Shown in pieces: positions 39,055 to 52,189 of a stretch of DNA of 64,000 bases. How positions within the stretch are numbered: the first letter of the stretch is position 1; every line of letters begins with the position of its first letter. Source of the stretch: Eledone cirrhosa (Eukaryota); contig OZ024740.1 of NCBI GenBank assembly GCA_964016885.1, positions 174,592,001 through 174,656,000 on the forward strand. Reading direction: 5' to 3'. The notes beneath the pieces were generated by a model. The model did no database searches. It was not told where the DNA came from and saw nothing but the letters and a program-made list of their open reading frames with translations. The position numbers and the translations under genes were made by a program.

Positions 39055-39533
39055 AAGATGGCACTAAAGAATACTGGTGGAACCTGAAAATAAAAACTGC
39101 CACCAAATTAAAGCACAACCGGCCTGATATTGTTGTTTGGGACCACACATTGAAAACGTGTTCTGTTGTGGAGATCAGCTGCCCACTTGATGTAAACGTT
39201 GTCAGAAAAATACAGGAGGAGGACATCTACGGACCATTGATGAGGAGTTTACAAATCCAGTATCCAAGATACACCTTTAGCTTCATACCCATCATTATTG
39301 GAGCTACGGGTTATATACCAACCCGCTTGGACCAAAGTATGACTGAACTTGGATTTGCGGACAAAAAGCGCAGCTCCCTAATTCATAGTCTACAAATGGC
39401 TGCGATAGCTGGCACCTTCAAAATTTGCAAAACATTCTTGCGATTCAAGGGATGACAATTTCTTTTCTTTTACAACCTTGCCACCGGGAAGGTGGCCGGT
39501 CAAAAAATATACTCGAAATTAAGAGAAAGAGAT
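39055..39533 (+). mobile_element. 3' fragment of a second, diverged R4/Dong-like family
   Basis: EYWWNL...HNRPDIVVWD...SVVEISCP...IIIGATG...KICKTF, with a different 3' UTR. Followed by cata(caga)n. Confidence 0.8.
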
Positions 39534-41230
39534 CATACAGACAGACAGACAGACTTGTTGTTTTTGTGTAAGCGTGATCTACTTCTTCATTTCTAAAATC
39601 AAAACAACGAATGGTCGATTAACTCAATCGATTAGAGCTTTTGAACTATTAATGCAAATGTCATGGGTTCGATCGCAAAACTAATCAGTTTTCGATCTTT
39701 TTTTCATATTTGTTTATTAGCTAGGTGAACACATTATTTTTATTATGGTGAACATAATATGTCTCCCTCTCACTTTCATTTTTTTTATCTTTTCCTTCTC
39801 TCACGTAATATATCTTCTAGTCTTTCAGTTAATTTTAACTTTGGAACAGCACGATTTGTTTATATATTAATATCTTCATATTAAGCACTCAGTGCTCGTA
39901 CTTGGATGTCTTTCTGTTTTCATATTTGTGTAGAAAATATGCAAGAGAAATGACTGATTCTATGGCTAAGCAGTTCTTATTGCAACACAACAGTTTAGTA
40001 TTTTTTGTTCGGTTCATCTGATGAAGGTATGTTTCATCGAAACGTGTCGATGTGTGTGGCGATTTCGTGAAGTATAAGTTTTTGATAATTAATGTACTAG
40101 AAGTCTATAATTGGATAGAACGACATTTGATTTATTTGAAAAAGTTAAAGAAAGTATTCTCATTTATCTCTTGTAAAAAAAAACAGGTAAAATTTAGATT
40201 GAAAGATGATTATAACGTTGGTGTAATTAAGATAATTAAAGTTCAGCATCGCAGAAAAAAATAATCTACCCGGATTCCTGTTTCAGAAATGCTTGGAAGT
40301 AAGAGAGAAGCGAAGCAACAAATGGCCTTTTTCAAGTTTCTACACTGTGGTAATGAAAAAAGGATTCTGACAAGACATGAAGATAAAGCAAATGTTTGAA
40401 TATTCGTTGTACGAAAAATAGTGAAAAATTTTAATGCGGCTTCTACATATCAAGAATATACGGTTAATATCTCTCATGTTGAGTCACATACTCCTGTAAA
40501 AATACATGAACTAAGCGAGTGAAACCGACTTGTCAACGTTTCAATAATATGCAAACATCCTGTACGTTGATTCTGCTACTTAGTCGAAGAGAGTTACAGA
40601 TGCATCACTCATGTACCTTATTATTAACTATTAAGCTTTAGTCAAAGGAAGGAAACAGTCAATTATATTTTCTTCCAACGCTCTAACGATTTCCTTACAG
40701 AACAAAATATTAAAAAACAATTGGTTCAGTGCACTATTCTTTTACACCTTCTCATTTATATCAAAAACGAGCATGTGACTATTCTTCATCAAATATCTCT
40801 GGGTTCGGTCTCACTGTGTGGCACCTTGAGTAAATATCTTCTACGATAGCCTCGGATCAAATCAAGACTGAGAGTCAAACTGAATTGACTAAATTATGCG
40901 GAAGCACATGGGCCGTACCAGTATAGGGATTCTCTTTAACACCACTACCTAGCCCTTGGCAGTCTTTAGCGAAATGCACTATGTTGCAAGCATTCAAACT
41001 AGGTCTTAAAGTCTACCATAGGGTCTTTAATACTCAAGTCTGGTACTTATTTTAATGTACCCGTCTTGTCGAACAATCGATATTCTACGGGCTTACCAAA
41101 TAATTTTACTCCCAAAGCATTGGTCAGCCGGAGGCTATAGCAAGACACTTGTTCAATGTGCCGTACAGTGGGATTATAACCAAAACCACGTCGTTGCGGA
41201 GCAAAGCAAACTCCATTATCATACAGCCAA

Positions 41231-41422
41231 GCGGCGGATTGGCAGTATCGGTAGAGGGTCGGACGCCATGCTTTGTAGCATAGAGTTTACGCCCCTTTAC
41301 GGTCTGAGTTCAAATCCCGCCGAGGTTAACTTTGCCTTTCATCCTTATGGGGTCGATAAAATAAAGTACCAGTAATTCACTGAGATAATTGCTGACCTTG
41401 TGTCAAAAGTAAAAACAATTAT
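41231..41422 (+). mobile_element. tRNA-derived SINE copy
   Basis: Close match to 12315-12503. Confidence 0.85.
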
Positions 41423-41911
41423 CATACAACCAAGCCTGCCTCTGTCCAGGAGACTGCTTCAATCTTTTCATGTTTTGTGGAGTTTTCAATATATATAAGT
41501 TTTCAGACCAATATTTACATACAGTAAATAGTTGCGGCTCTTTGCATTCTGAGTTCAAATCCCGCTGAGGACCAAGTTTCCTTTATCTTTTATTCGTCGA
41601 TAACATAAAATACTGATCAAATACTATGGCTGATTTAATCGAGTTTACAGTCCCCCAAAATTGCTGGCCTTGTGTCTAGATTAGAAACCAATATTTAAAC
41701 GAATATATGGGTGCTAAGAGAAGAACAAATGAATCGAACCGAAGTGATCCGGATGAAATGAAGCATCTAATTAACAAGCGAAGAGAATTAATCCGAATGT
41801 GGATCAAGGTCGAGGATAAGATGATCCATGATGACATAATTATATTGTACTATTTATCTATTAATCCTGCTACAGCGTATATATATTTTCAGGATTAGAT
41901 AAATATTTGGA

Positions 41912-41950
<39 letters not shown>

Positions 41951-41986
41951 ATACATACATACATGTGTGTGTGTTTGCGTGTGAAA

Positions 41987-42230
41987 TCGCATGGCTTAAT
42001 GGTTAGAGAGCTGGATTCACAATCGTGAGGAAGTGAGTTCGATTCCTGGACTGGGCGATGTGTTGTGTCCTTGAGCATAACACTTTGTTTTACGTTGCTT
42101 CAGTTCACTCAACTGTAGAAATTAGTTGCCATGTCACTGGTGCCAAGCTGTATCAGCATTTGCCTTTCCCTTGGACAACATCGGTGGCGTGGAGAGGAGA
42201 GACTGGTATATATGGGCGAATGCTAGACTT
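41987..42230 (+). mobile_element. Second tRNA-derived SINE family (CORE-like)
   Basis: A box tggcttaatgg, B box gagttcgattcc, then gtgttgtgtccttgagca. Confidence 0.6.
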
Positions 42231-42965
42231 CTTTGCCCAGGCTTTTGCTTTATTCTAGCTTTTCTCTCTAAGCTCCCTGTAGCTCATTCTTTTTACCTTG
42301 CCCTGAACCGCATGCACTACAGAATAACTACACAACCCACTATACAGACATACACGCACATACACTCAAACACACACGCATGCATATATACGCATATATG
42401 CATATATATATAACCGCCAAAAGTTCAGCCAACCTGACCTTCCACCTTTTGAGAAAGGTCTCGTGACGACACAGACAGATTTACTCTTATAGTTAAAATG
42501 CCTATGTCAACAGACCGAGCCTTGGATACAGGGGAACAAAACCTGCCGAAGACGGGAACTCCGGTTCCATCGCAGAGATGCACACATGAATAACATATGT
42601 ATTATGTAACTTGTGGTCCTAGAAACCTATCGAAGACTTTTTTTATCGATTTCTATCGATTCAAATCGACTCGAGATGGGCCAAGTTAGTCTTCAACCTA
42701 TTTGTTTTTATCATTGTTGTGGTATAAGTATAGCCACTGCCTTCGGTCGTTTTTTCTTGATGTCACACTTGATTAATTTTTGTGTTTACTCTGGACGATA
42801 ATGTATTAATTTCTCGTTTCATTGAGTGCTCCAAACAACTCGATTAGTACCTGCTATATTGTCGCTACACCTATTCATACCCAATATATATATATGTATG
42901 TGTGTGTGTGTGTGTGTGTGCAGCTCAACGGATGTTTAATTACAAAGAAGATATTGTCTTCTTAA

Positions 42966-43151
42966 AATAATTGTTTCTACATTTGGCACAAGGCCAGCAA
43001 TTACCCTGTACATTACTGGTACTTTATTTTATCGACCACATAAGGATGAAAGGCAAAGTTAACCTCGGCGGGATTTGAACTCAGTCTGTAAACGAACGTA
43101 ACTATGCTGCAAAGCAAGGCGTCCGACTCTCTACTGATACTGCCAATCTAC
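42966..43151 (-). mobile_element. tRNA-derived SINE copy
   Basis: Family consensus on the minus strand. Confidence 0.8.
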
Positions 43152-43857
43152 TTAAAATAATGTTGGGAATGTTGTGAACCTTTTAATTTGATGAGGATAT
43201 TGTATAGAACCGGCTGTCTAGTAATGGTCTGTATAAGCACGAGCGAAATGATGTTGGAAATATTTATAGTAATAGATTTCTATTCCTTGTGCAGTGGAAA
43301 GAATTTGCTTCTAATGTATTGCCTCGAGTTATATATCGTGAAACCATGTGGCCTAGCTTTTCGGGTACTCAGCTTATGATTGCAAAGTTACTTGATCGTA
43401 CTTAATATACTTGTTCAGTATAAATAATTGTTTCTACTTTTGGCACCAGAAATAATGATAGTAATTAGCTAATGTGGAATGGCCTAATTTGTTATATTAC
43501 TGGATCAGTCAACGCATAGCTGGCATTTTGTCTGACCATTTTAAGAAGGCTATTTCACCACAGAATCTTTTTCATGTAGTCTGTTTCTAAATTAGTGAGC
43601 TCCTTCACATCATTGGAGCTGAAGCATATTGTGGCTTTTACTCAGCTTTAAATATAAAGTAATTATAAGAAATAGGCATACTGGTCTGTTGCAGTTTTGA
43701 ACATAACATTGAAAGTTAGCAAAATATGTGTTCCGTCAGCATGTAGTAGAGCGTTTTATAATCTTACGGACCTCGTGAAATAAATACGTTTGCTTATATT
43801 TTGTTATTGTGTATGCAAAAATATCTGTACACGAATATATAATTATATATATAGATA

Positions 43858-44017
43858 CATGGACACACTAGAAGAGGAAGACCAAGGTTAACGTATGTTG
43901 ATGCCCTAAGGATAGACACTGGTCTGTTGGAGACGCAGGACATAGCAGCGATAATGAGGGACAGAGACCACTGGAGAGAACTCGTCCATGGATCTCGGGA
44001 ATTTTACCCGCCTTAGA
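43858..44017 (+). mobile_element. RTEX-like extreme 3' end in (TA)n
   Basis: GHTRRGRPRLTYVDALRIDTG...MRDRDHWRELV, which overlaps the end of the 20441-20706 family. Confidence 0.7.
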
Positions 44018-44214
44018 TATATATATATACAACAGTACAGAGAAAGAAGTACGGAATACCTCGGCCTCGGGATGGTGTCTACATTTTGTGCTTATAAAAA
44101 AAATTCGTCGTAGATTACCAGGGTTTTTTTCCGTGCGAAGAAAATCAATACTTTATCGCGAAATAAATATTTTGTTTATATTTTGTTATTGTGTATGCAA
44201 AAATATCTGTACAC

Positions 44215-44250
<36 letters not shown>

Positions 44251-44259
<9 letters not shown>

Positions 44260-44654
44260 TAAAAGGAAAAGAAAATGCTGACAAATTGTTCCCAGTGAAA
44301 AATAGTTTAATTAGGAATAAGTAAAAATTAGTAATAAGTATTGGTTAGTATTCAGTTTTAGTTTTTAGTTTTTACCGGTTGCGCATTTCTAATGCTTTTC
44401 AAAAATAATTTTGAGATAGAGCGCCCGTGATGTTTGCTCAAACATCACGGGCGCTCTATCTCAAATTTATTTTTGAAAAGCATTAGAAATGCGCAACCGG
44501 TAAAAACTTAAAACTAAAACTGAATACTAACCAATACTTATTACTAATTTTTCCTTATTCCTAATTAAACTATTTTTCACTGGGAACAATTTGTCAGCAT
44601 TTTCTTTTCCTTTTTCCAATATATCACAACTCGTGCTGTACACCTCTATTCTCC

Positions 44655-44658
<4 letters not shown>
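44251..44658. mobile_element. Long fold-back palindrome (~185-bp arms) between (TA)n tracts; PLE-like terminus
   Basis: Centre tgtttg-ct-caaaca at 44437-44438. A single-arm relative lies at 53761-53955. Confidence 0.8.
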
Positions 44659-44712
<54 letters not shown>

Positions 44713-44959
44713 TAACAGATCAAAGTTTAAGCAAAAAATCGCTGCTTTCACCCTTAACGGGATCTTCTGAAACTAAAAAAATCAATCTGTGAACGCAGAA
44801 GTAAATATTGCGAAAAACGTTACACACTATATATATATATATATACACATACATATATACACACACGCCGCATCATAATGTCGTAATGCAGACAGCCAAA
44901 CATACAGACAGATATTATAAGGGCGCAACGTTATATCTATGTATCTATCTAAAAAGAGA

Positions 44960-45158
44960 AAGACTAAGAATTATAGAGAGAGACCGCTAAATCGCCTAAT
45001 GTGGTCCCTAGGGCATTGAAAATTTGAAAAATATTTTCTCAAAACACTCACAGGACCATAAGTATTACATGTGTAAAGTTTGAAAACAATCGGTTGGGTG
45101 GTTCTCGAGTTTTAGTGAGCTGACAGACAGACAGACATTCTCTGTTTTAGATATATAG
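44960..45158 (-). mobile_element. Possible non-autonomous Helitron-type element
   Basis: The minus strand starts ctatatatctaaaacagagaatgtctgtctgtctgtc, and the plus strand contains aaagtttgaaaacaatcggtt. This layout is recalled from non-autonomous Helitrons. Confidence 0.35.
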
Positions 45159-48100
45159 TTAGTATCTCTTTATAACGTGTTGACGAGGAAACCTCTACAC
45201 GAATGCTACCACTTGCAAGAAATAGTAGCCACATATCACTCAAATCACATCCCACCAGATTAAATAAAAAATAATATATTGGATAGTATGAATTCCCTGA
45301 TATAGATAGAAAAGGATGGGATGGTTATGGGTGGAACGTTTCGTCATTTTGTTATTGCATTTGTTATTTCATTCGATGGCTACATTTTATAGAGTAGCTA
45401 GTGTAAGTATGTTTTGGTTGATGCTTATATCGAATGGAATGATATTTCATCTAATACGATATTTGAAAAGTACATACAGTTTATTAGCGCCAGTTTTGTC
45501 CTTGACAGTGTTAGGAATGCACAGAGATCTAAGCTGAAACTAACTTCTTCCCCTTCAAAATCTAATTCTAGAACTATCTAAATACCACGAATTGCTTATT
45601 CAAATCATTAGAAATAAATAACAAGAACCTAAGTCAAAACACTTCTAGAATATTCCGAACATTTCTTCTATATAACTTTATGTAATGATCCGTGGGTTTT
45701 CAAACCATGTATTTTTAGCTATTTATAAAGTATCAGTCCAATACTGAGGTTAATTCTTCCTCTGTTTCTATCTGGAAGAAATCAGCTGCGTTTGACTTGC
45801 AGGAGGATGGGCTTCGTCAGGTTTAAAATGTCCAGGTCACGCCGCGTGTCATGACAACGCTCTTACAACTCCTTGTTAAGAACCCTTTACCTTTTGAACT
45901 ATTACTCATAAAACTGATGCTGAGCTCTAGACTTTCTTTCTCTTTCTCTATATCTTTCTCTCTCTTTCTCTCCATCTATCTATCTGTCTATCACACAGAC
46001 ACACATACTAGATATGGATTCGCAATTACAGGAACTGATAGACAAATATATATTCTATTTAGTTATGCTCAGCTATATGTTTATAAAACTAATGTCCACG
46101 GGAAATTGTCATAGCAAAATCACGAGATCCAATCTTGTGCATAGCAAAGCTTTGACTGCAGAGGAGGTCATTGAATCACCTCTGATCAAACTTTAACTAA
46201 CCAAACACCAGGTACGAATAGAAAAACAAAAATACATTATTTGATCACCAAACTAAGTGGAAATTAAGTATTAGATTTGGTTCTGATATCTGATGCATGA
46301 ATGACACTGGGAGAATCTAGAAGCTTAACATAATGTATCTAGATTAAGGCTGTCTAGTTTAGACTATTCTTATAGTAATATATTCATAGGGGAGTTTGAT
46401 AAATTTGCGAAACTTTCAATAACTATAGCTCTTGTGATGTTAACATCAGTAAGCGACATCTCATTACGATAGAGCAGTGTAAGTTAAATACTTTGATAAT
46501 AGGCACAATGCAGTATAATAGGAATCGTTGACAAGACCAGCTTCGACTGTCAAGTAAAAGAAACACAATAAATCATTATTATATTCAAGCGACTCTTCTA
46601 TATCCATTTATAAAATGTTTATGATAACACGATAACGATAAGTTCTATAAGAAGGGAAGAAAAGTGTCAGAAGGGGTTGTGGTAAGGTGCTAAGCATGAT
46701 AAGAAAATAAATATTACGGATCTATTATGAGTCTAGAGAGGGAAGAGAGGAAAAAGAGTAGTGTTAGAAAGAAAGAAAGAAAGAAAGAAAGATACATTGA
46801 GGTCATGAGAAGTTGTAAACAGTTGAGATATTGAAAAGCTATTGCAGAAAAAAGATAACATCTTTAATGCAAAAGTGTGTTATACTGATACGAATATAAT
46901 CAAATATTAGAAGATACACACACACACACTCAGTGTTTATATCGACTGAAAGACATCTACTCATGGTATCACAATACTAAAGAAAACTAACCCAGTGCTG
47001 AATATGAGGCTTTCCAGAGTATTCAAATATTTTAGAATATATAATGATTGCTTCGCGTGATCAAAATAACATGTTTCTAAGCTTCCACTGAGTCGAATAT
47101 ACGGATTCGATTCTTTTTTTAACTATTTAATTTCGCTTACTTCTTATATCTGCATTTTTCAGCCATAGTAAACATCCTGAAAACGGATGGTAACCGAATA
47201 ACGTATTTAGATCCTTTCCTAATAATCTTTAGCAGTGTTGTGTAATAGTAATAGCGACATGAGTAATATAATAATGAATGTAGATGACGGCAAGAATATT
47301 GATAATGAATGTTTATTTGTTGTAGTGAGAAAGAGACAAAGTTATCCACAAAGTAAATGTTTGTTGAATTGGATAGTTAAAGTTAACAATATAAAGGTTA
47401 TAAAAAGAATGTGGCATTGTGCCAGGCCCAAGGAAAGCCGACAGGCCAAAGTGGAAATCTCACCGTTACATTATCGCGTGTTCACCCTTCAGAGTCCAAA
47501 ACAGCAAGAGAGAGATTCTTGTATCGCCGCGGGAATTTTTCCCTCTGGGCGGAAGTCGAAATACATTCTCCTACGCTGGCGGCGATTGGCTGAACTGAGC
47601 CAAACAACGCACGGAGAATGTATTCATGAGTCCTCGGAATGTAGGTCACTATAAATCTATTTGAATCCATTTCTTATCATTAGTGATGTATGTTAATTAA
47701 AACAATGTCGCATGAGTCATATCATCTCCCTTACGTCGCTATTGACCATGTATTAACAACATTGCACTGCTGATACCCATGAGAAACATATGGATATCTC
47801 ACTTTCCAAATCTTCGCTAATAAGTATGGTTCGAAGCCATAAGAACGACATGAATATCACACTTCTTTACTAATGTTTGTGGGTTGAAGCTATCACACTG
47901 ACCCGAGAGATCGATATAAATATCACACTTTTCACATAGTCGCTGCCGCTAATACTAATATCACAGTTCCTAAATCGGACGGGATGCCTCGCAGTATGTG
48001 TTCTGACTTTTTGTGTTATGAGTTCAAATCTTACTTAGGTAATAGACGTAATCGGATACATGATCAGATACGCTGTTAACCACCTGAACATTCGGTGTCT

Positions 48101-49759
48101 TTAGCTGAGTCCACCCTGTTACAAGCATTCTTGTCAGTGCTCCACTTTGAGAATACCCTACTCTTTCCAGTCTAAGAGGTACTGAAAGTGGTCATGGGAG
48201 GTTACCCTTCCTTTTTACTAAGTGGTATTAAAGAACTTCATATTCAACCGATATTTATTTTGTGAAATTAGATCCACTTTCTTTTGTTGGATGCTATTAA
48301 ATGTGTTACGAAGATGACTAAAATTGTAATAATGACAAGGGTTATTTCGGATAAATAAAACGTATACAAAAACGTGTTACGCCTTGGGTGGCGTACAATA
48401 TATATTAAAAGCATCTGGTGGACAAATCTTATGCTGGGACGATGGAGTTATTAGATATAACAAGGTTTAGAGCTGCAGCAACGAGCGAGCCTCTGTGCCT
48501 CTGATAGAAAGAGCAACTAATCCGCTCAAACATTTTACATAAAAGGCGTATTTATTTTTTTATTTTTAGTCGAGGGTTATGTCCATGACGTTTGTAAGCC
48601 CTCAGTGACCAGTAAGATAGTTGCAGTTAATGTTTCTCTTGAACAGCCATAATTTAATAATTGTTTCTACTTTAGGCACAAGGCCAGCAATTAGCCAGTG
48701 CATTACTGGTACTTTATTTTATCGACCCCGCAAGGATGAAAGGCAAAGTTAACCTCCATAATTTAATAATGGCAGGCAAAACATGGACATGGGGGTGATT
48801 TCAAAGAGTTGTTATTCTGTGAAAGGAGGGCGGAGGACGAGGAAAATGAAGGTCTAATATGGGAGACAAAGAGAAGAGAACGAGTGAATCTCGTGAGTGT
48901 GATGGTGTTGACACTAGAACAGTTAGTTCTGAGAATCAGAAGTTATTGTAGTAGAGTGAAAAGAAAACATATCTATGAGCCAGAGGTTTGAATTATTGGA
49001 GAGCGATGTCATTGCCAGTGAGCCAGGTGTAGAAGGAATAATATTCTGGATTTAGTTTGAGTTTCTTAAAAGATTAGTAGTTGATGGGGACTAAAGTATT
49101 TTCTGGTCATGAATATAAAGACCAGTTTTTATGGTGCGATCTTTGCTTTGTTCAAGGATGTAAGATGACGAGAAGACATTTTTTATGATAGTGAGGTATT
49201 AGATCCATAAATATACGAAAAATAAGATTTTCTCTACCTGAACGCATTTTATCATAATACTGCTCAATAAAGGCTGACCTGAAGTTAAATTATAACAGTA
49301 ATCAGAAACTGCTAAATTATTTGACCCTTTATCATAAGATGTTGCACGATAATACTTGCCTTTTCAGGGCTGATAAAACACATATGTTTCAGTTATCAGC
49401 TCTGGTATTTGAATGAAGTACAAGCTGTTGAGATTTTATTTATTAATTTATTTATTTGTTTTACTTTATTTATCATTTTGTTCAAATACAAGCTGCTATG
49501 TTTAGTGAGATGTTTTCTTTCTTGTTATTGTTGTTGTTTTGTTTCGTTTTGTTATCTGTTTGTTTTTATATCCTGTTTCAACACATTTCATAAGTCATTT
49601 ATTTAATGTTAGTGAATTGGTAGGTAATGATTCTGATTACTGACAATATCGTATCCATCTTGTCATTGTCGCTGTTGTTGTTCCATCCGTGACCATTCCT
49701 CGTTTATGATATCTCTTACCCTGGCCTACATTCATACGATGACTATAATATTTTCCTGA

Positions 49760-49935
49760 TACTATGGGCATGTGGCTAGAATGTTTCAGGAAAGAATCGC
49801 TGGACATATTTTATGGGCAAAACCAACCGGCAAGAGACCCAGGAGTAGACCCCGAGCAAGATGGTTGAATAACATCCAAAAGCTTGGCTGGTCACACTTG
49901 GGGATCCAGCTGGATCAGTTGGAGCCAGTGGTGGT
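49760..49935 (+). mobile_element. RTE-like 3' fragment
   Basis: YGHVARMFQERIA...GKRPRSRPRARWLNNI. Confidence 0.65.
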
Positions 49936-50445
49936 GGTGGAAGTGATTACCTCTCACTTTCAGTTATAAGCAAGAAGAGGGTGAGTAATTAATTAGGCTG
50001 CAACATTAACTAACTTAACGAATATATTTTGTCTTATCATGAGAGTGTGTTTCTCATATAATATAGTAAACCTAAGCATTTCTTGTTTTTTTTTCAACGC
50101 AATACATTTTTTACGTCATTTTCTGTATTTTCTGCACTAATAAACATAATATACTGTTATTTAAACATATGGTATTTATTCAATAAAGCGTTGTTCAAGT
50201 TTGCCTCATTATAATGTTTGGCACACTTTGTATTAACTTTTATATATGCGCAAACACTCGCACCAACATAAAACAAAAACTCGCTTATACGTACACTCCC
50301 CCAGCCCCCACCCTATCCCCATAAGAATGCGTGTGTGTGCGGCCATATATATATATATATATAAATGTAATCTGAGTTTTTCGAATATTAATAATAATAT
50401 TCGATTCAGATTACATTTATTTATTGTATTCAACCATGTAGAGCG

Positions 50446-50510
<65 letters not shown>

Positions 50511-50624
50511 TAAGAGGAATTCCAACTTTGTCTGATTTACTCGTTTTATTTACAATCCTTTAAAATATATATAATGGTATTATAATGAAATAGTATGATA
50601 GAATATTAAATTATAAGTGTTAAT

Positions 50625-50663
50625 TGAACAAGTACTTTCATGCTTTCGCAATCTTCAGGTTCA
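50625..50663 (-). ncRNA. Minimal type I hammerhead (U10.1-U11.1 variant) in a (TA)n-flanked element ~50507-50710
   Basis: Minus strand: tgaac-CTGAAGA-t-tgc-gaaa-gca-t-GAAA-gtac-TT-gttca. Perfect stem I and palindromic AGTACT stem III. Confidence 0.7.
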
Positions 50664-50705
50664 TGATATGTGGTGACAGTCGAGTTTGCAATTTTCAACT
50701 GTGAA

Positions 50706-50737
<32 letters not shown>

Positions 50738-51136
50738 TATATATAAGGGGGTGTATCCAAAGCCTTCAAAGGACTTATAAAACCATGGATCTGCACCTGG
50801 AAACCTCAACCTTAGTCAAAACCTTTTTTATGGAAGACTCGCAGTTGACCATGAATATAGGTCTCTGTTCGCCACGTCAACGATGGTTTCCAAGCATAAG
50901 GCAGAACCGACACAACTTGGCACTAGTGTCATTACAGGCGTTGCTATCAGAAACGCAAAGAGTCGGAGCATATAACGCACGGTACACCATCCGATAGTTT
51001 AACAATCCCGCCAGTCATATATTTATCCACCATGAGGTTAACAATGAAAGCAGCTCACACCTTTATAGATTTAGCTGGCCTCCTACGGGGCTGTATCATC
51101 TCATGGTACGTTTCTCGTAATGATAAAGGCGTGAGT

Positions 51137-51561
<425 letters not shown>

Positions 51562-52189
51562 CAACCGTCTATTTATGAATATATATACTTACGTACACAC
51601 ATACACACAACATGCGTACTTAAGATACATTGTCTAGCACCGCAATTATGGACGATACGATAAAAGCGTTGAGAAAAGGTGACGAAGAACATTCTGCAAA
51701 AGCTGATTACCTACGAGAAATGTTGAGAGAGTACCTTCGTAGGGGAAAACATCAAGTATTGATAACAATTTTGTATTGGTGGTTATAGATAAGATATTTC
51801 AGTATGAGAAGTGGCAGCGATGGAGTTCAGCTGTGGGGGAAGCGATAGATATATTGTGCATGCATATATATATATATATGGAAGAAGTTATAGTTCACTT
51901 GAAGCATTGTGTAATGAGGTATAAACGTTTGTATTTGTAAAGCCAAAGCAATGCAGGTATGGACATAGAATATAAATGCAAATGCAAAAGATATTGTTGA
52001 CAATTAGTCTTTTACCTTAAATTTATTTAAATGTCCTTAATTTTCGAGATAATATCTCTTTTTTTATGTAGCTAAGTGATCGTTTGAGGCCTGGTGATTT
52101 GAAGCATATTGGTAGGGGCAAGTTTTTGATAGTTTTGGGGATGATGTTGTTATTCAGGCATCGTTTTAGGAAGTTTATTTGGCAGCCGG

